From the human T2T-CHM13v2.0 reference genome, Homo sapiens, in NCBI RefSeq assembly GCF_009914755.1, contig NC_060926.1: DNA of 64,000 nucleotides; one strand, 5' to 3'. The notes under the pieces were generated by a model. The model was not told where the DNA came from. It saw only the letters and a list, made by a program, of their open reading frames with translations, and did not search any database. A program made the translations under genes and the position numbers. This document shows, piece by piece, positions 1-15,394 of the stretch; the stretch's first letter is position 1; every line of letters begins with the position of its first letter.

Positions 1-2129
1 GGTTGACTTGAGGACTCAGCAGTTCTTTTGCCTGCTATGGTAAAACAGAGGAAAAGAGAGACACAGAGATCTGACTTACCTACTCGTACGTACACTCACA
101 TTGCTTATGACAGGTAGAGAATTCTCATTAGAGGAAGTGGTGCCACAGTGTAAACATACAGAAGAGTGTGCCCATCTGGGGAGGGCCCAGCAAGCTGTCT
201 CCCATGAGGTCTCACAGGCCCACATTTATTTCCTTCGTGCACTTACCCTGATGGACATGACATAAGATGGAACTGGGTCCGTGGTTAGTAAGGGTCTGGT
301 CTGTATTTCTGACAGCCTCTGGAACCTAACTCATCAGCACACCTAAGAACAGCTCCTCTCTCACTGACAGACTCGTGAAAACCAAGCTTAGGAGACTCAT
401 TTATTTATTTATAAGAAATATTATTTTCATTCAGACCGAAATCCTTGAGTCTGGCTGTCCTTGTAGCTTTCTTCTCCAGGCTAGAGCCTCATGGTAAGGT
501 GAAAACTTATTGGAAGCTACTGTGAATCAGAACAAGCGGTTGGACTGCTGGCATGTTAGACGGCATAGCCAGACATACCCATCTCACCCAAAGCACAGCA
601 TTACCCCTCTCTCTCCTGGAGGAGACTTGGATGAGCCAAGGATTACTGCCATAATTCTCTTCTTTTTCTACATTTGTATCTGATTAGTCCCTTCTCTGAT
701 AAACATATTATTTCTGTAGATTTGTCATGACAATGACTTGGCTTGCAGCCAGGTATTTCTGAATGTGAAAATCAGTTCATTACTATAAGACATTGCTTAT
801 CTATGCTCTGATCCAATAGATGTTGACTTTATAGCTTAATCCTCAAGAGGAATTCTTTTTTTCTTTATTTATATATTCCTGGATAGATATCTGCAACTCC
901 CATATACTGATACTAGTGTATATCGAATACAACTATGCTCCATATGTTAATTGTTCCAAAAGATAATTATTGGATTCTGACACATTGGAAATAAGAAACC
1001 ATGTATATAGTAGCTGCCATAACTCTCCGACAACCAAAATATTTGTTTATTTGAATCATTCAGTTTCTTCACTATGCTGGCAAAGTTTTTACCCTACTGT
1101 GGGAAAACGGGACACTTAGGTACAGATTAATCTGTCTGTCCAGAAGCAGAGCAATGTTTCCTTCTTCACTACAAATGCAAGTCAGAATAGAGAGACTCCT
1201 TTGTGAAAATTCACAGAACACAAATGAGGAGCTTGTGCTTCATTGGAGGTTAGTAGTCAAAAACTTTGCTTCAGAAGCCTATGGAAATTAGGGGTGCTTC
1301 TCTCTGGTCTTATTAGCTCTCTAATTCTTTATCGCAATAGGATAAAAATTATAACACTCAAGAGATAGAGTCCAGTTGAAGGGTTTCAGTCTCCCCAAAT
1401 TCTCCTGGTCAGGCAATATCAAGTTGTCATCCACTCTGAGTCAAAGAGACTTCGACGGTCAGCACACTGAAACTAAAGAGGCAGTGGGTGGCTCTCCTGG
1501 AAGTAGGGCTTATGCCTATGCCTATGGTGAATCTGTTGGAGAAACAACCTGGGAACTTTCCAGCAAAGAGAAGTGAAGGGGGAAATTATTCAATTCCTTT
1601 TAGTACCTTTGCTGAGGCACAGACTGGCCCTAGGGTAGCAACCAATCACAACTTCTCTTCTCATTTTTTGGAACATGAGTTTCTCCCTATTTATCAAGAT
1701 GTTTATATCAAAAGATCAATCAACTGTGATTTCATACAAAGAGACTTAAACAGGGTATTTGTAGCTATCACATGTTCTTCTTCCTTAATGCTTGTATTTT
1801 TGTAAGGTGAACACAGGCCTTTAAAACACATTAGTTAAAAATGATGATCACAAGTCTCCCAATCTTCTCTTGGAAGGTATAGAAGGTCTCAGGTCTCATT
1901 TAAAGGATAGACCTGACATCTGGCATAAAAGATATTGTCATATGGACCTTGAGCCTGCCATTGTCCACAAAGGGAAGGGCCAGGCCACATGCTGGAAGCT
2001 GGCACTAACACATATGTGAGAAAATTAATTGCTTGGGCAATTTGCTCTCTTTGGCTCTGGTGACTAGGTTGGGAATTAAATAACCACAGTTCTCTGAGTC
2101 AAGGAACGGGGGTCATGGTAATTCACAGA

Positions 2130-2430
2130 ATAACAAAAATGGAAGGATTTTGGAGCTTAAAGGGACATTAGGGAGCCTCTAATCCAGTGATTTATAAACT
2201 CTTTACGATATTAATTTTTTTATTTTTTGGACAAAAATCTTACATAGACCCACTACATAAAGTGATACACTAATGTAACTGATCATATGGATATAGTTAC
2301 CAAGGGCTCTGAAGAAAAGCAGCTTGAAAACCATGGGGTAGCATAACGTCCCTCATTCTACACATAGGAGAATCGAGAAACCTTCTTGATTTTGCCACAC
2401 AGGGTGAGTGGCAAAGAGAAGACTAGAAAA
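2130..2430 (-). mobile_element. MIR-family SINE remnant, interrupted by MER103C-like element
   Basis: ggagcttaaagggacattagggagcctctaatc ... ccctcattctacacataggagaatcgag resembles antisense MIR/MIRc; boundaries approximate. Confidence 0.5.
2185..2336. mobile_element. MER103C-like hAT-Charlie MITE
   Basis: Degenerate termini cagtgatttataaac / gcttgaaaaccatgg; internal caaaaatcttacatagacccactacataaag and agggctctgaagaaaagcag resemble the recalled MER103C consensus. Confidence 0.5.
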
Positions 2431-2729
2431 TGGTCTTCCAAACTGCTGTTCAGTACTCTCCCTGCCTCAGAAGCAAAGCTGTATTTCCAGAAAAGGCCAT
2501 GAGGAATGAAGGAGAACCAGTGCTTATTCTCCCTAGTCACATTAACACCCAAGTAGTACTAGTTGGTGCATAGTATTAGTTGCAGTAACAGCAGCAGTGT
2601 AACGTTCGTAGTAACAGCGACAGTAATGACAGTAATAGTAGCAGCAGCAGGGGTAACATATCCATACATGATGTTAAAGGTTGCACATTATATCATGTGC
2701 TAGCCAAAGGTAGACAGGAAAGAATATGA

Positions 2730-2862
2730 TCACCCTCATTTTACAAATGAGGAAACAGGTTCAGAAAGGTTAAGTGACATACCTGCTCAAGGTTGTTTAT
2801 ACTAAGTATCAGAACTGGGTCATCACATTCCAAAAGCTGTGCTCTTTTCCCTACTCCATCAT
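2730..2862 (-). mobile_element. MIR SINE fragment
   Basis: MIR core in antisense: ccctcattttacaaatgaggaaacaggttcagaaaggttaagtgac. Confidence 0.8.
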
Positions 2863-4929
2863 GTTGTTCTATTTTGAATATGAAACTTTTTCCAATCTTC
2901 TTCACTTCCTGAAAAACAGGAGTGAAAATCCAGCTCATCGAAGAAAATAACCATTCTGCTTGGCATTCTATCAACAGTTTGAACTTGAATAGATTCAGAT
3001 TCTCTGCAAAGAGGACCTATATCAGGCTGATCAATGGAAAAAGTATGTCAAAGCATAGAACTCCAAAAATCATCTATATAGACATTAAACATTTTCATTT
3101 AGCTTAAAAATTATAAAAGCAGATTATTTGCCAATCTTCTGATCTAACCTAAGCTTCATCTTTGAATCAGCTGTTTGGAGTGCAGGTTGTCTTTCTTGCA
3201 TAAACCACACCCATAGTTTCCATCTGCTACAATTTCTAATCTCAGTTTCTTTAAAGTGGGGTGAGAACCAAGACACTTGCAAAGCAATCTGAATGTAAAG
3301 TGCTTTTAATTTTAATGATCTTCCCCCAATCCCTTGCAGATGTCTTATGCATGCCTAATCCAACCGAACACTTATTTTAGTGACTTGCTTTCATCGAGTA
3401 GTCCCTAAGTGTTCATTTCAATAACAGAGGGAGAACTCTCTTCTTCTTGCAGTCATATTTCATCAGTTAGTAAATATTTAACTCAATCGCACATAATAAG
3501 AATAAGAACAATCCATATAAACCCCTTGGAAAACAAACACCAGACTATGTGTTAGCAAATAGCTCCATTGGTGGTGGCAAAGAGACAATGGTGTATTAAC
3601 GACTAGCCTTCCTAGCCACAGACATCTAAAAAACCATGGGCATTGTGCATATGCTTTAGCGTTAATAGAGAGTGCTGCTTCATTGCAAAAGTTTTTAGCA
3701 GAGGTCTATCCAGAGGGTTCGTCCTGAATTCTGAATTAATTGTCCTTGGTTGTGTTACTTTGCACATGTACTGGGAAGCTGTTTGGTACATCTTATATTT
3801 CCGCAGATGGTCTAGCCAAGCTCTCAGAAAATGAAGACTTTTTTTATTCAAAAAAAAAGAAGAAGAAGAAGAAGAAAATGATTCTCCTCCTCTTCACCCA
3901 CTGCATCTATAATCAATACAGGACCCTTCACCTAACAGATACTCCAAGAAATGTCACTGCCCAGAACACCAGGATGAGGAGAACAGACACTGCACCTTCA
4001 ATCTGGTCAGTTATATGGTTTTCAACTTCAGGAATGCCTTATGGGGTAAGCAAGGTGGTAACTGAAGGCATTTTGAAACAAAATGTAAATGTGACATGTT
4101 TTCAATTGGGTAGTCTTATTTCCAGGAGCCCCCTTACCCTATCTCCAACACACACACCTCTCCCAGGAAACACAGCCAGCCCTGGGCCACTGCTATTCAC
4201 ACATTTAGATCTTTTAGGACATTAGGGGCAGCAAGCCCCACACTGATGCTGTGGCTAAGATTTACAAGCTCATCTACCTTGGGATGTCCTGAATGGGACC
4301 CCAAAATTGGAAGCTTTGGTGGGCTCCTAGCATCAGAAACTGTAGAGGAAGGAGAAAGCGTGTTCAGGAAGCTGCAGTCCATCCAAATCCTCTATTACGC
4401 TCAAAATGGTCTACTTGAAAAAATGGCAATATTTTTGTATGCCAGCCTCAAAGTCCCTGCTCGAAGAATGCTTGTAGCAAAGCTGTATTTCCTCTTTGAG
4501 GGTTTTTGGAAGAATGCATTTAGGTAGGAGCTAGCCTTTTCTTCCAGGAACAGCACGGGCTATCCGTCAATCTACTGGCAAGCCGCTCATCAAGTTCACT
4601 CGACAAAGGGTTAGGGCAGCAAGCCCCCACAATAATGTGGAAACAGAAATATTACAAAGTAAAGGCTTATAAAATAATAAAAATTCTACTTACTTCAGAT
4701 ACCTCCCTGTGCCTTTGGCAAAATACCTTAAGCATTCCACATAAGGCGGGCATTGTCTTTATAAGATGGCACCTCATAAAATGGTATTAAATATCACCAA
4801 CGGGGCTTCATATTTCATCCAGCAGGGTTTAGGCCAGGCATGTTCTATATCACACATTATTAGAATGACATCTGCTTTGCAAGTTGTGTACCCAGGAGCC
4901 TACCCGGATCACTCATTTCAGCACTCATT

Positions 4930-5460
4930 CTCGAGGCTTCTGTGCCTTCGTAATGCCTAATATGTTTAACTCATTTTGAACAGAAGTCTAAAGCCTGCCA
5001 CGGCCCTCTGGCCAAAACTGTAGCTGTCAGACAACGGAGCCGGCTATCAAACGTTCCTCATTTATCATTAGTGGTGATGCAGTTGTACAGAAAAATGTGC
5101 CCACTGTACTGAGAGGCTGTCAATTGTTCCCCCCTATAAAACTCCTCTTCTCAAATAGGGACATTTCTCTGTGGAGGCCTTGTCATTACATTTCGCTCCT
5201 TTTCCCACAACACTGAATTTATAATGCAAAGAAAATGGGGAACATATATTCATCCAAATGGCCTCTCTGCTGTGAAATGAATAAGGAGATCATCAATGGC
5301 TGCGTCAGTGCAGGGCTGCACACGCCATTGGGGGAAATTAATAGAATCAGCCCAGAAAGAGCAGAAAGAAAAGAAAAAAGAAAGAGAAAAATCACCCAAA
5401 GGTTTTGTGCTAAGGTTGAATCTTGAATAATAAAAGCAGGCATCTGGTAGTTGGAATTCA
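4930..5460. promoter_or_regulatory. Candidate conserved non-coding element / enhancer
   Basis: Lies in a ~4 kb stretch with no repeat I could recognise; several retained CpGs; TGTCA (MEIS/TALE-type) motifs at gctgtcaga, gctgtcaat and cttgtcatt. Conservation is inferred, not measured. Confidence 0.35.
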
Positions 5461-7194
5461 CTTTGGAATTGCCATTTTTGCCAACAAAGTAGACTACAAG
5501 GGCTACAAATCTGCCTTCTGACAAAATCTCCAACTTCTGGCTCCTCTTGTGACTACTGACAATGGTGCTTGGGGGCTTCTTTTCCCTCCTGTAAACTGTA
5601 CCTCTGAAATCAGCTTCCAGCCCCAGAGGCTACCCAAATTTTTTGTTGATATTTACAGCATGTTTCGGAAGGGCCTTAATGTTTAAAAAAGGAGAAGTCG
5701 GGCACTCCTGACAATAATCCACATCATTATTATTAGGCTTATGATTACTATTAGGATTTGAAGTTCTGCCCTTAACATTTTATTTCTCCTCCACCCACAC
5801 GGCTGCCTCCTCCTACTCACACACCTTAGCCATCCCTCATATGATTCCGTTGGGAGAAAAAAAAAATGGACTCAATTAAATGCATTTGAGATGCCTCCGG
5901 GTTGTGCTTGTGTCTTCAAAGGGAGAGTGTGAAAGTGTTTATGGTAATGATAACACATCCTCATTGACTTCAAAGAGAGAGTCCTGGTGAATGCATTCAT
6001 TCCCATAGTATCTGTATCAGCAGAGTTATTATCCCATTTTATAGATGGGAGAACAGAGTGCCATGCCTTGAGGGTATGGATATAAATCAGTCCCAGGAAG
6101 AGAATGAAAGCATTGCCATGGGCTTCTGGATATTTCCCAAGTTCAGACCATTTTCCCTCTGGCAGCAGCAACAAATCTCATCCTTAGAAATAAGCAAACT
6201 TTGAGATACCTAAAACAAACCAACACAGCTGAAGTGGTTTGGGGAATGCAGTAGTAAAGCCTAGCTCGCCACTCTGAGCCCAATTCTGCTCTCTCCAAGG
6301 TATAATCTGTCCCCAGAGATGAATAGGCTAGAGCCTTAACACCAGAAGACGAGGACGGCTAATAACCAGCCCCTAGCTGAACAAACTCTCTCCAGCCTCA
6401 TTTCCCTGACACCACAACCCTAGACATTCCTTACCTTTTGGAGAGCCCTCTCATTCCTGGGTAGGGAAAGGAGTCAAGAGCCGCAATGGCCCAGGTGAAC
6501 TCTGCGAGTAACTACATAAACTCCCCTTGATACCTCTTAAGACCCATCCTGGCTGCACAACCTTTTACCCCAAGTATGCCCATATTTTCTCATCTCTAGA
6601 CCCAGGGTCTTCAACCCATTTTTTCTCATTTCCACAACTGTGTCACTCCATTTCCAGAATTGTTCCTCTTTTTCTCTTCCAGTTGTTTCCAGGAGCTCAT
6701 ACTTCACTGAAAAACTTCTTCTCTGTCCCAGTGATTTTTTTTTTCTCTCTAAAACCATACTTTACTACAAAACACTGGGCCTGGAAACACATGATGATGA
6801 ACTGTCCTCTTGATTATAGTTTCAAAATATGTCTCCAGTTTCCCCAGTCTTCTTTACTTTTCTCTTCCTTTCATCTCAACCACCCTTCATTTTTTTTTTT
6901 ACCTGCTTGCTCATAGTGGTCCAGGGTTATGGATATAAAGTATGTTCTTCATCCAAGCTTCACAGGGAATTTATGGTTACTCATGGAGCTATTCTCCTGA
7001 AGGCTTCACCAACTTTAACATTTGTCTTATATCCTTCGGCACTGTTCATTCCAACTCAAGGCTAGTAACTTAGCACTGCAACTGAATTGCAGATAAATGA
7101 GTCAATTCAATTTCATTCAAAAAGTGCTACAGTACCATGTAAGTCACTAACATTGAGGATATATAGGACACCATCCTTCTCCTTAAGGAGTTTA

Positions 7195-8405
<1,211 letters not shown>

Positions 8406-10404
8406 TCCTTAAGGAGTTTAAATGGTCATTTAGAGAGATGCAAAGAATGTCTGTGAATTTGATATCTAACACTACAGATCATTAAAATAATAAGAGTCTA
8501 TAAAACAATAAAAGGTCATAAGAGTGGACTATGTAGACGAGAATGGAAAGAAAGCACTTAATGGAGAACATGAGTCTTGTTCTAAACCTGGAAGGCACTA
8601 GAGGAGTTGATAATTAGAAAGGATGGTTGAGGACTCTCCAACTAGGAGTGACAGCAGGATCAGAGGCTATGAACTAGATCATTGCCTTTAAGTCATTTGG
8701 AGAAACAGAAGAGAAGAATCCTGGAGTCTGTCAAGTTTTTGCTCATTACCTCAATCATGGCTTGGATGAACATTCTACCTCTTTTTTCTGCAAGCATTCT
8801 CTTTCTCATTGGTTAAATCACATAACATTGAAGAACCAATTAGCAAGTGAATTCCACTGGGCTGGTGGTTTAGGGAAAAAAAAAAAAGAATGCGTTTTTG
8901 CTAGAGCAATCAGCTGGGCACAGGTATGGTAACTCTAGTTACCACTACAGATTGTCAGGGAACAATGGAGGGTGAAAGGGAGGGTTCATGGGCCCTCCGG
9001 ATAGCAGGAACAAGATGGCATCTTTGCCATATATGTCTATCACTTCCTTTCTGTCCTGTGGCGTTTTCTAAATGAAGCCGGTCCCCTACAATATTGCCAT
9101 AGCAAGGTTTAGGGAAGATGCTCACTACCAACTGGATAATCCTGCATGAATATCCAACCTCAACAAAACCTTAGACCATTTTGTTTTCACTGTTGTTACT
9201 TCTCTGAGTTGTTTCTCTCACTGTGTGGTCTCCATTGCCCAGAGCTTTGCTCTCAAATGTCTGTTTTGGGAAGAAAAAGAAACAAATCCATGTTGAAGTG
9301 CTCATCAAAAGGATGTATATGTTAGTAGGAGATTATTCCTAAATTCAAAATTCAAAATGCATCCACAATACATCTGTAATGCTGGGATTTTAGACACTGT
9401 TAACAAGTTGATGGAATGGTTGTTTCATGTTTGTTGGGAGACAGGGAAGGGGAGAGGTCTTTAAGCTGCCCTTAAGTCACCCTATATGAGTAACACTTAC
9501 TCAGTCTAATTGTAAGTCCAGCCTTTATTTCAAAACTCACCTTCACATAAAGAGGGAAAAATCTAGAATATTATGTTTCATGAGGACAAGGATTTTGTCT
9601 GATTATTACACCCTGAAATCCCAAAGCTATCCTACAGTTTACATTTAGCCACTCACTGACCAGGCTCCCTCAGCACCCCAGGCTGGGCTCCTTGGAGGGT
9701 GCTTTATACTAGCCCTAAGAAATATAAATTATAGGCTTCCTTGGCCTCAGAAATTCCTCCATCTGTCGCACAAGCTTTCTCCATGCCTTCCTGGCAGTCA
9801 TTTCAATTTTCATGACAGAAGAAAAAAAAAAGGAAAAAAGAAAGGAAAAAAAAAAAAAGAAGTTGTGGTCTGTGCCACAACTTGAAGTTTCATTTAACAT
9901 AGATTTTGATGCGTGAACTGTACAATAACCCCAAGTTGGAGGTGTATTTTTTTATATTGAGGATGAGAGACCAATTAGTAGCTCTAACTCCTTAAGCAGA
10001 TGGTTATCATATGATAACAGAGGTGCCTGTCCTCTTTTGCCATTAGAAAGGCATCTTTTTTTCTAATATCTTTCTCTAAAAAGAAAGGATATTATGCAGA
10101 CAGATTGCATGGCTTAGACACCTCTGCAAAGTTGAGTTTACAGCAGGACGCGTGGAGCCTGAGCATCTTGTTCTTGAACCACTAGTCAGATTCAGTTCGT
10201 AAAAACTTGCTCCAAGGTAAAATACACGAATTCCAGGTGCAGACAGAGAAACTAAGCTGCTAAAATGTTTAGGTTTTAGGCCCCACCCCAAACCTTCCCA
10301 ATACCTCCAACCCAAAATGGTTGGCATGCCACAGTTGGCCCTCAATTACCTGCGAGGGATCCTTCCCTTCTGTGGCTTGGAAACTCATGATAGAAGGAAA
10401 GTTA

Positions 10405-10593
10405 CATGGACTTGGAGTCAGAGGGATCTGATTTGAATTTCAGCTCTGTGCTTTACAAGCCAGGTGACCTGAATCCATTTGCTTGAACTTCCCAGCCTGT
10501 TTCCTGTCCTGCAAAACTGAACTAATAATCATAGCTTTAGAGAGAGGTGAAGATTAAGTGAAATTGCAAGTGAAAAATCACAATGCCTGGCAC
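10405..10593 (+). mobile_element. MIR SINE
   Basis: ttggagtcagagggatctgatttgaatttcagctctg...gattaagtgaaa...acaatgcctggcac follows the MIR consensus. Confidence 0.7.
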
Positions 10594-10705
10594 TTTCACC
10601 TTCCCCTCAAAGCACAGGCTGAGAGAAACAGCATCACACTAAGCACTGATGGAGAAGCTAAGGGTCAAAGTATGAGGTGGTCGGGGTACTCTTGTCTTCA
10701 TAGTC

Positions 10706-10937
10706 AGTGCAGTTGCTAAGAGCACTAACTCAGAAGTCTGATACATGCGGGTTTGATCTGTGGTCCCACCATTTGTGGGGAATGTGAGCATGGGTAAGAT
10801 TCATAACTATTCCGAGTCTCACTGCTCTCATGAGTAAAGTGGGGTAATATCTATCTTGTTCATAGGACTGATGTGCCCATTAAAGGAGACAATTTGTGTA
10901 GTGAGTTTAGCAGAGGGTCTGGCCCATGATAAGCATC
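10706..10937 (+). mobile_element. MIR SINE
   Basis: gttgctaagagcact...gtaaagtggggtaat...tagcagagggtctggcccatgataagca follows the MIR consensus. Confidence 0.7.
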
Positions 10938-12359
10938 TTCTCCTCTTTCCCTTCTTCCTTCCCTTCCCCCTTCTCTTTTTTCTTATTTTTCTTTACTTTT
11001 TCCTCTTCATCTCCATCTACTCTTTGATGTATTCCAAGCAGCTATCACTTTCAATAATCCAGAACAGGCTGTACCACAACTTCTTCCCGGGAGACCCCCA
11101 GCTTGCACCTGTGCCCAGAGAGTGCAGTGTCACAATCTCTTAATAAAGAAATAAAGACAGTGGGAAGCCTTAGGACCTGGCCAGGGGTTGCTGTTTGCCA
11201 GGCCCTAGGTGGTCCTGAATCCAAGTTCTTTCTCTCTTGCTTGACCGAGCTCTTCATCTGAAGAGTGAGGGGGTGAGTCGGGATCTTCTATGGTTCCAAC
11301 AGACTAAGGCTTCTTGGAGAGCTCTCACCTGCCTACTCATGCAGTCCGTTCTGAAATTTCCCCACCTCTCTGGCCATCAACACCCCATCCCAGGATTAAA
11401 TGGGAGCTCAAAATTTAATACAAAATTTAGAACAAATTGTAGCATTGTACTACTTGCCAAATGTTTACCAAGTAAATGGATAAATGCACATTGAGATTGG
11501 ACCACTCAAAAAGGATTTACTGGGAGTCTGCCCTGCTCCCCATGACTTCGTATAGTCTATCTTGGTCTCTTAATCTTCTAAAGTTTTATGGTCTCACAGT
11601 ACATGTACTACAATTTAATATTTATTTTTTCCACCAGCTTCATCAAAACAATAACTTTGATTTAATATTAGAGTCTTAATAGCTTCCTAGCCCAGTACCT
11701 AGTAGTTTATAAGTGTTTCATAAAAAGCTCCTAAAAACTTGGGTGATTAAATTACTGAAATGTTTAGCTTATAAGAAAATTCCAGCTAACTGGATAGTAG
11801 ATCTGTTGAGGCAAAGAATTCTGCACTTTTTAAATATTCTATACAACATTTAGCACTGGGTACAAATGTAGTGGGTACTTAAAACTACATGTTGGTCCTT
11901 ATATTACAAACTTTATATCTGCATTTACGATGAAATTCTTCTGGACATCTCAAGTACAAAAGAATGATCTTCACGAAATCACAGAGCTAGAACTGCTCCT
12001 AAGGCCTAAGAGACAAGGACCATCCTTTTAAATGTTCTTGGAAAGATTGTAGAAAGAAAGTGGCTCTCCAACTGTTTATTTTAAAGTGACCCAAGGCCCA
12101 TATGCTTATAAACAAGCAGTTCAGAAACCTGTTTCCTCACCACCATGAGGAACTTTCCTCTATCCCCAACACGCATACATGTTCCACTCTTTGAGGACTT
12201 GCCTTCTTCAAGGATGTCCCTGATATTGAGCACGACTTTCCTCATTAAGTGTTAGAGATATGGGGGTGAGGCAGGAAGGGTGGCAATGTATTTTTTGCCT
12301 TGAGTCCTGTACCTGCTCAAGGGATAGTTCAAAATCTCTAGAGTTGGCTCAGATTAAAG

Positions 12360-12515
12360 TGATCATCATCATAGTTGTCATCATCATTATCATCTACTTA
12401 ATCTTCTCCTTTTCTTCCTTCCCCTCTTTCTCTTTCTCCTCCTCCTCTGGCTCCTCTTCCTCCTAGTACTCCTTCTGCTACTCCTTCTTTATCTCCTTCA
12501 TCAGTATTCTTCTTC
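12360..12515. repeat. Low-complexity (TCA)n/(TCC)n pyrimidine-rich tract
   Basis: atcatcatcatagttgtcatcatcattatcatc followed by tcctcctcctctggctcctcttcctcc. Confidence 0.8.
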
Positions 12516-13849
12516 AACAAATGACTTACACCAAAGCATGGGCTACAAACAGGTGTCCTACTTCTGAGTTTGAGGAATTGGCCCATTCAAAATAGTCCTG
12601 AAAAATATCCCGGCCCTTGCTAGAGTAGGCACAGGTCTTTGACAGTGTGGAAATATCAACCCTGCTTATTCTTGGTCTGTAAGCACAGCCTGCTTTTCTT
12701 CATTTTGTTGGAGGACACAAAAACTCAGTGTCTCTTTAGTGAGGAGTGAGATCCTGGGACATGGAAGTGCCTGTCTCTGATTAGATATTGAGGAAGAGAG
12801 TCCATTGATTGACCTGCCCTCAGTAACCTAACGTTTGAAAGAAAATCCCTGAAGGGCCACACCTCCTAGTCTGCTGGAGGCCATACTCTCTACGGCAAGG
12901 CAATTACAAAGCATACATGCAATGAAAGTCACAGCATGTATTATCCCTTTCCACATCTACTGAAAGCCAGTTTGGCATTCAAGGGGTTAAGCCAGGATCA
13001 GCTGACCAAGGAGGCCAATTCTGCCCCTGTGGCTACCACCAGTCAAGTCTGTTGCTGAGGGCTTTAGACAGCTTGTACTTTCAACTCCGCACAATCATTT
13101 GTAAAGAAATAATCATTCCAAGTATATAGCGGCATCAAACTGATAATTTGAAAATGTGATTGCTTCCCCAGTTAACTAATCAATCCCTTATCTTTAAGGG
13201 TGGAGACACATAAAGAATATATGAGCAGATCAATAATTAAGTGAGTTTCACTTCTTTTTTCTCTCCTTCTTACAGATTATATATCTTTTTTCAGCAAATT
13301 TTCAAATTATATCAAATAATGAATGATTCATATAAGCTTTTTTCTTTTCCTATCCAGGATTCCTATAAGAACTGATGGGTGCCATATTCCTTTGATATAT
13401 ATGCACACAGATACCTTTCTTGAATACTTACTAAGTAAGAAGTATTCTGCTGAAGGCTTTCAACATATTCTCTCATTTTTTCATGGATTGTTTCATCTTC
13501 ATAGGAGGCTAAAGTAGAAGAGTTGGCCCTTTAATGCTGTTCCTAAGTTTTATTTTTCTGCTACAATTAGGCCATGTCTCATCATCTCCACCCAAGGCTG
13601 ATAAAGTTTCAAAGAATTTATTTGCTGTGTTTCTTCCCATTATTAAGCTCATAGCTGTGTGAAGAAAATCCCATTAAATAGTACTTGTCATCATTGGCCC
13701 TGCTTCATCCTGGCATCAAGCTAGATGTACCACACAATGATTTCAAGAGTTGCCAGCAGCTCTACCTGTGAGAGTATTAAGATGATAACACGACAATGAA
13801 GCTAAAGCTTGAGGTAAAAATCCTCCATTCATACTTTCTTTCTCTCTCC

Positions 13850-14080
13850 CCTACCCACCCATCCATCCATCCACCTGACAAACAACAGTTGAATGCCTAC
13901 TATATGCCATCTCTGCCTTCAATAATCTTCCCGTCTAGGGCAGGATGAAAACTAACACAACATAAGGCACAGTAAGGAAAAGTTACCTGAGGGACAACAG
14001 ATCAAGGAACGGTTGATTCTCACTGAGGAGACTGGGAATGTTTTCACAAAGACTAGGCAGAGTCTTAAAACTCTAGAAGA
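13850..14080 (-). mobile_element. L2 LINE 3' fragment
   Basis: ccatccatccacctgacaaacaacagttgaatgcctactatatgcca...ctgccttcaataatcttcccgtctaggg resembles the antisense L2 tail. Confidence 0.55.
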
Positions 14081-14399
14081 ACAGTTATTGATGTGCTCCA
14101 AATGAAAAAAAGCATCACATGTTCAACATCCAATAGACAGTATTTGAATATATAAAAATAGACAATATTTGAAAATACAAAAAAGCACAAAAATAAAAGT
14201 CCTTTATAGTTTGACCATCATTTCATCTCCTACTGAAGTGTATTACACAAAAAGTCTAAGTCTCTTCCTCCATGCTTCTAATCCCAGCCTCCAAAAGGGT
14301 TAACAGTGCAATCCATCTGATTTCAGACTTATAATTTGCTCTTATATAAAGGTCTCACTTTACCCTCTCCTGCAACACATGCACAGAGTTTAAAACAAC

Positions 14400-14930
<531 letters not shown>

Positions 14931-14979
14931 GTAGTACACATAAATATAGACATATATACTTTGTTTTAAAAAGTAAAAT

Positions 14980-15304
<325 letters not shown>

Positions 15305-15316
15305 TTATACTGTGTA

Positions 15317-15391
15317 TTTTTTTTTTATTATACTTTAAGTTTTAGGGTACATGTGCACAATGTGCAGGTTAGTTACATATATATACATGTG
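15317..15391 (-). mobile_element. Extremely 5'-truncated L1PA 3' end (~65 nt plus tail)
   Basis: ttttttttttattatactttaagttttagggtacatgtgcacaatgtgcaggttagttacatat is the primate L1 3' terminus; apparent TSD tgtgtat at 15311-15317 and 15388-15394. Confidence 0.88.
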
Positions 15392-15394
15392 TAT

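Noticed and set aside
71-250. Two strong minus-strand splice donors (ag|gtaagt near 80, gg|gtaagt near 247)
   Set aside because: No matching acceptor or coding frame seen; isolated consensus donors are expected by chance in 64 kb.
3740-4225. 161-aa ORF with a poly-Lys run
   Set aside because: The Lys run comes from an A9(GAA)6 microsatellite; non-ATG start; no recognisable domain.
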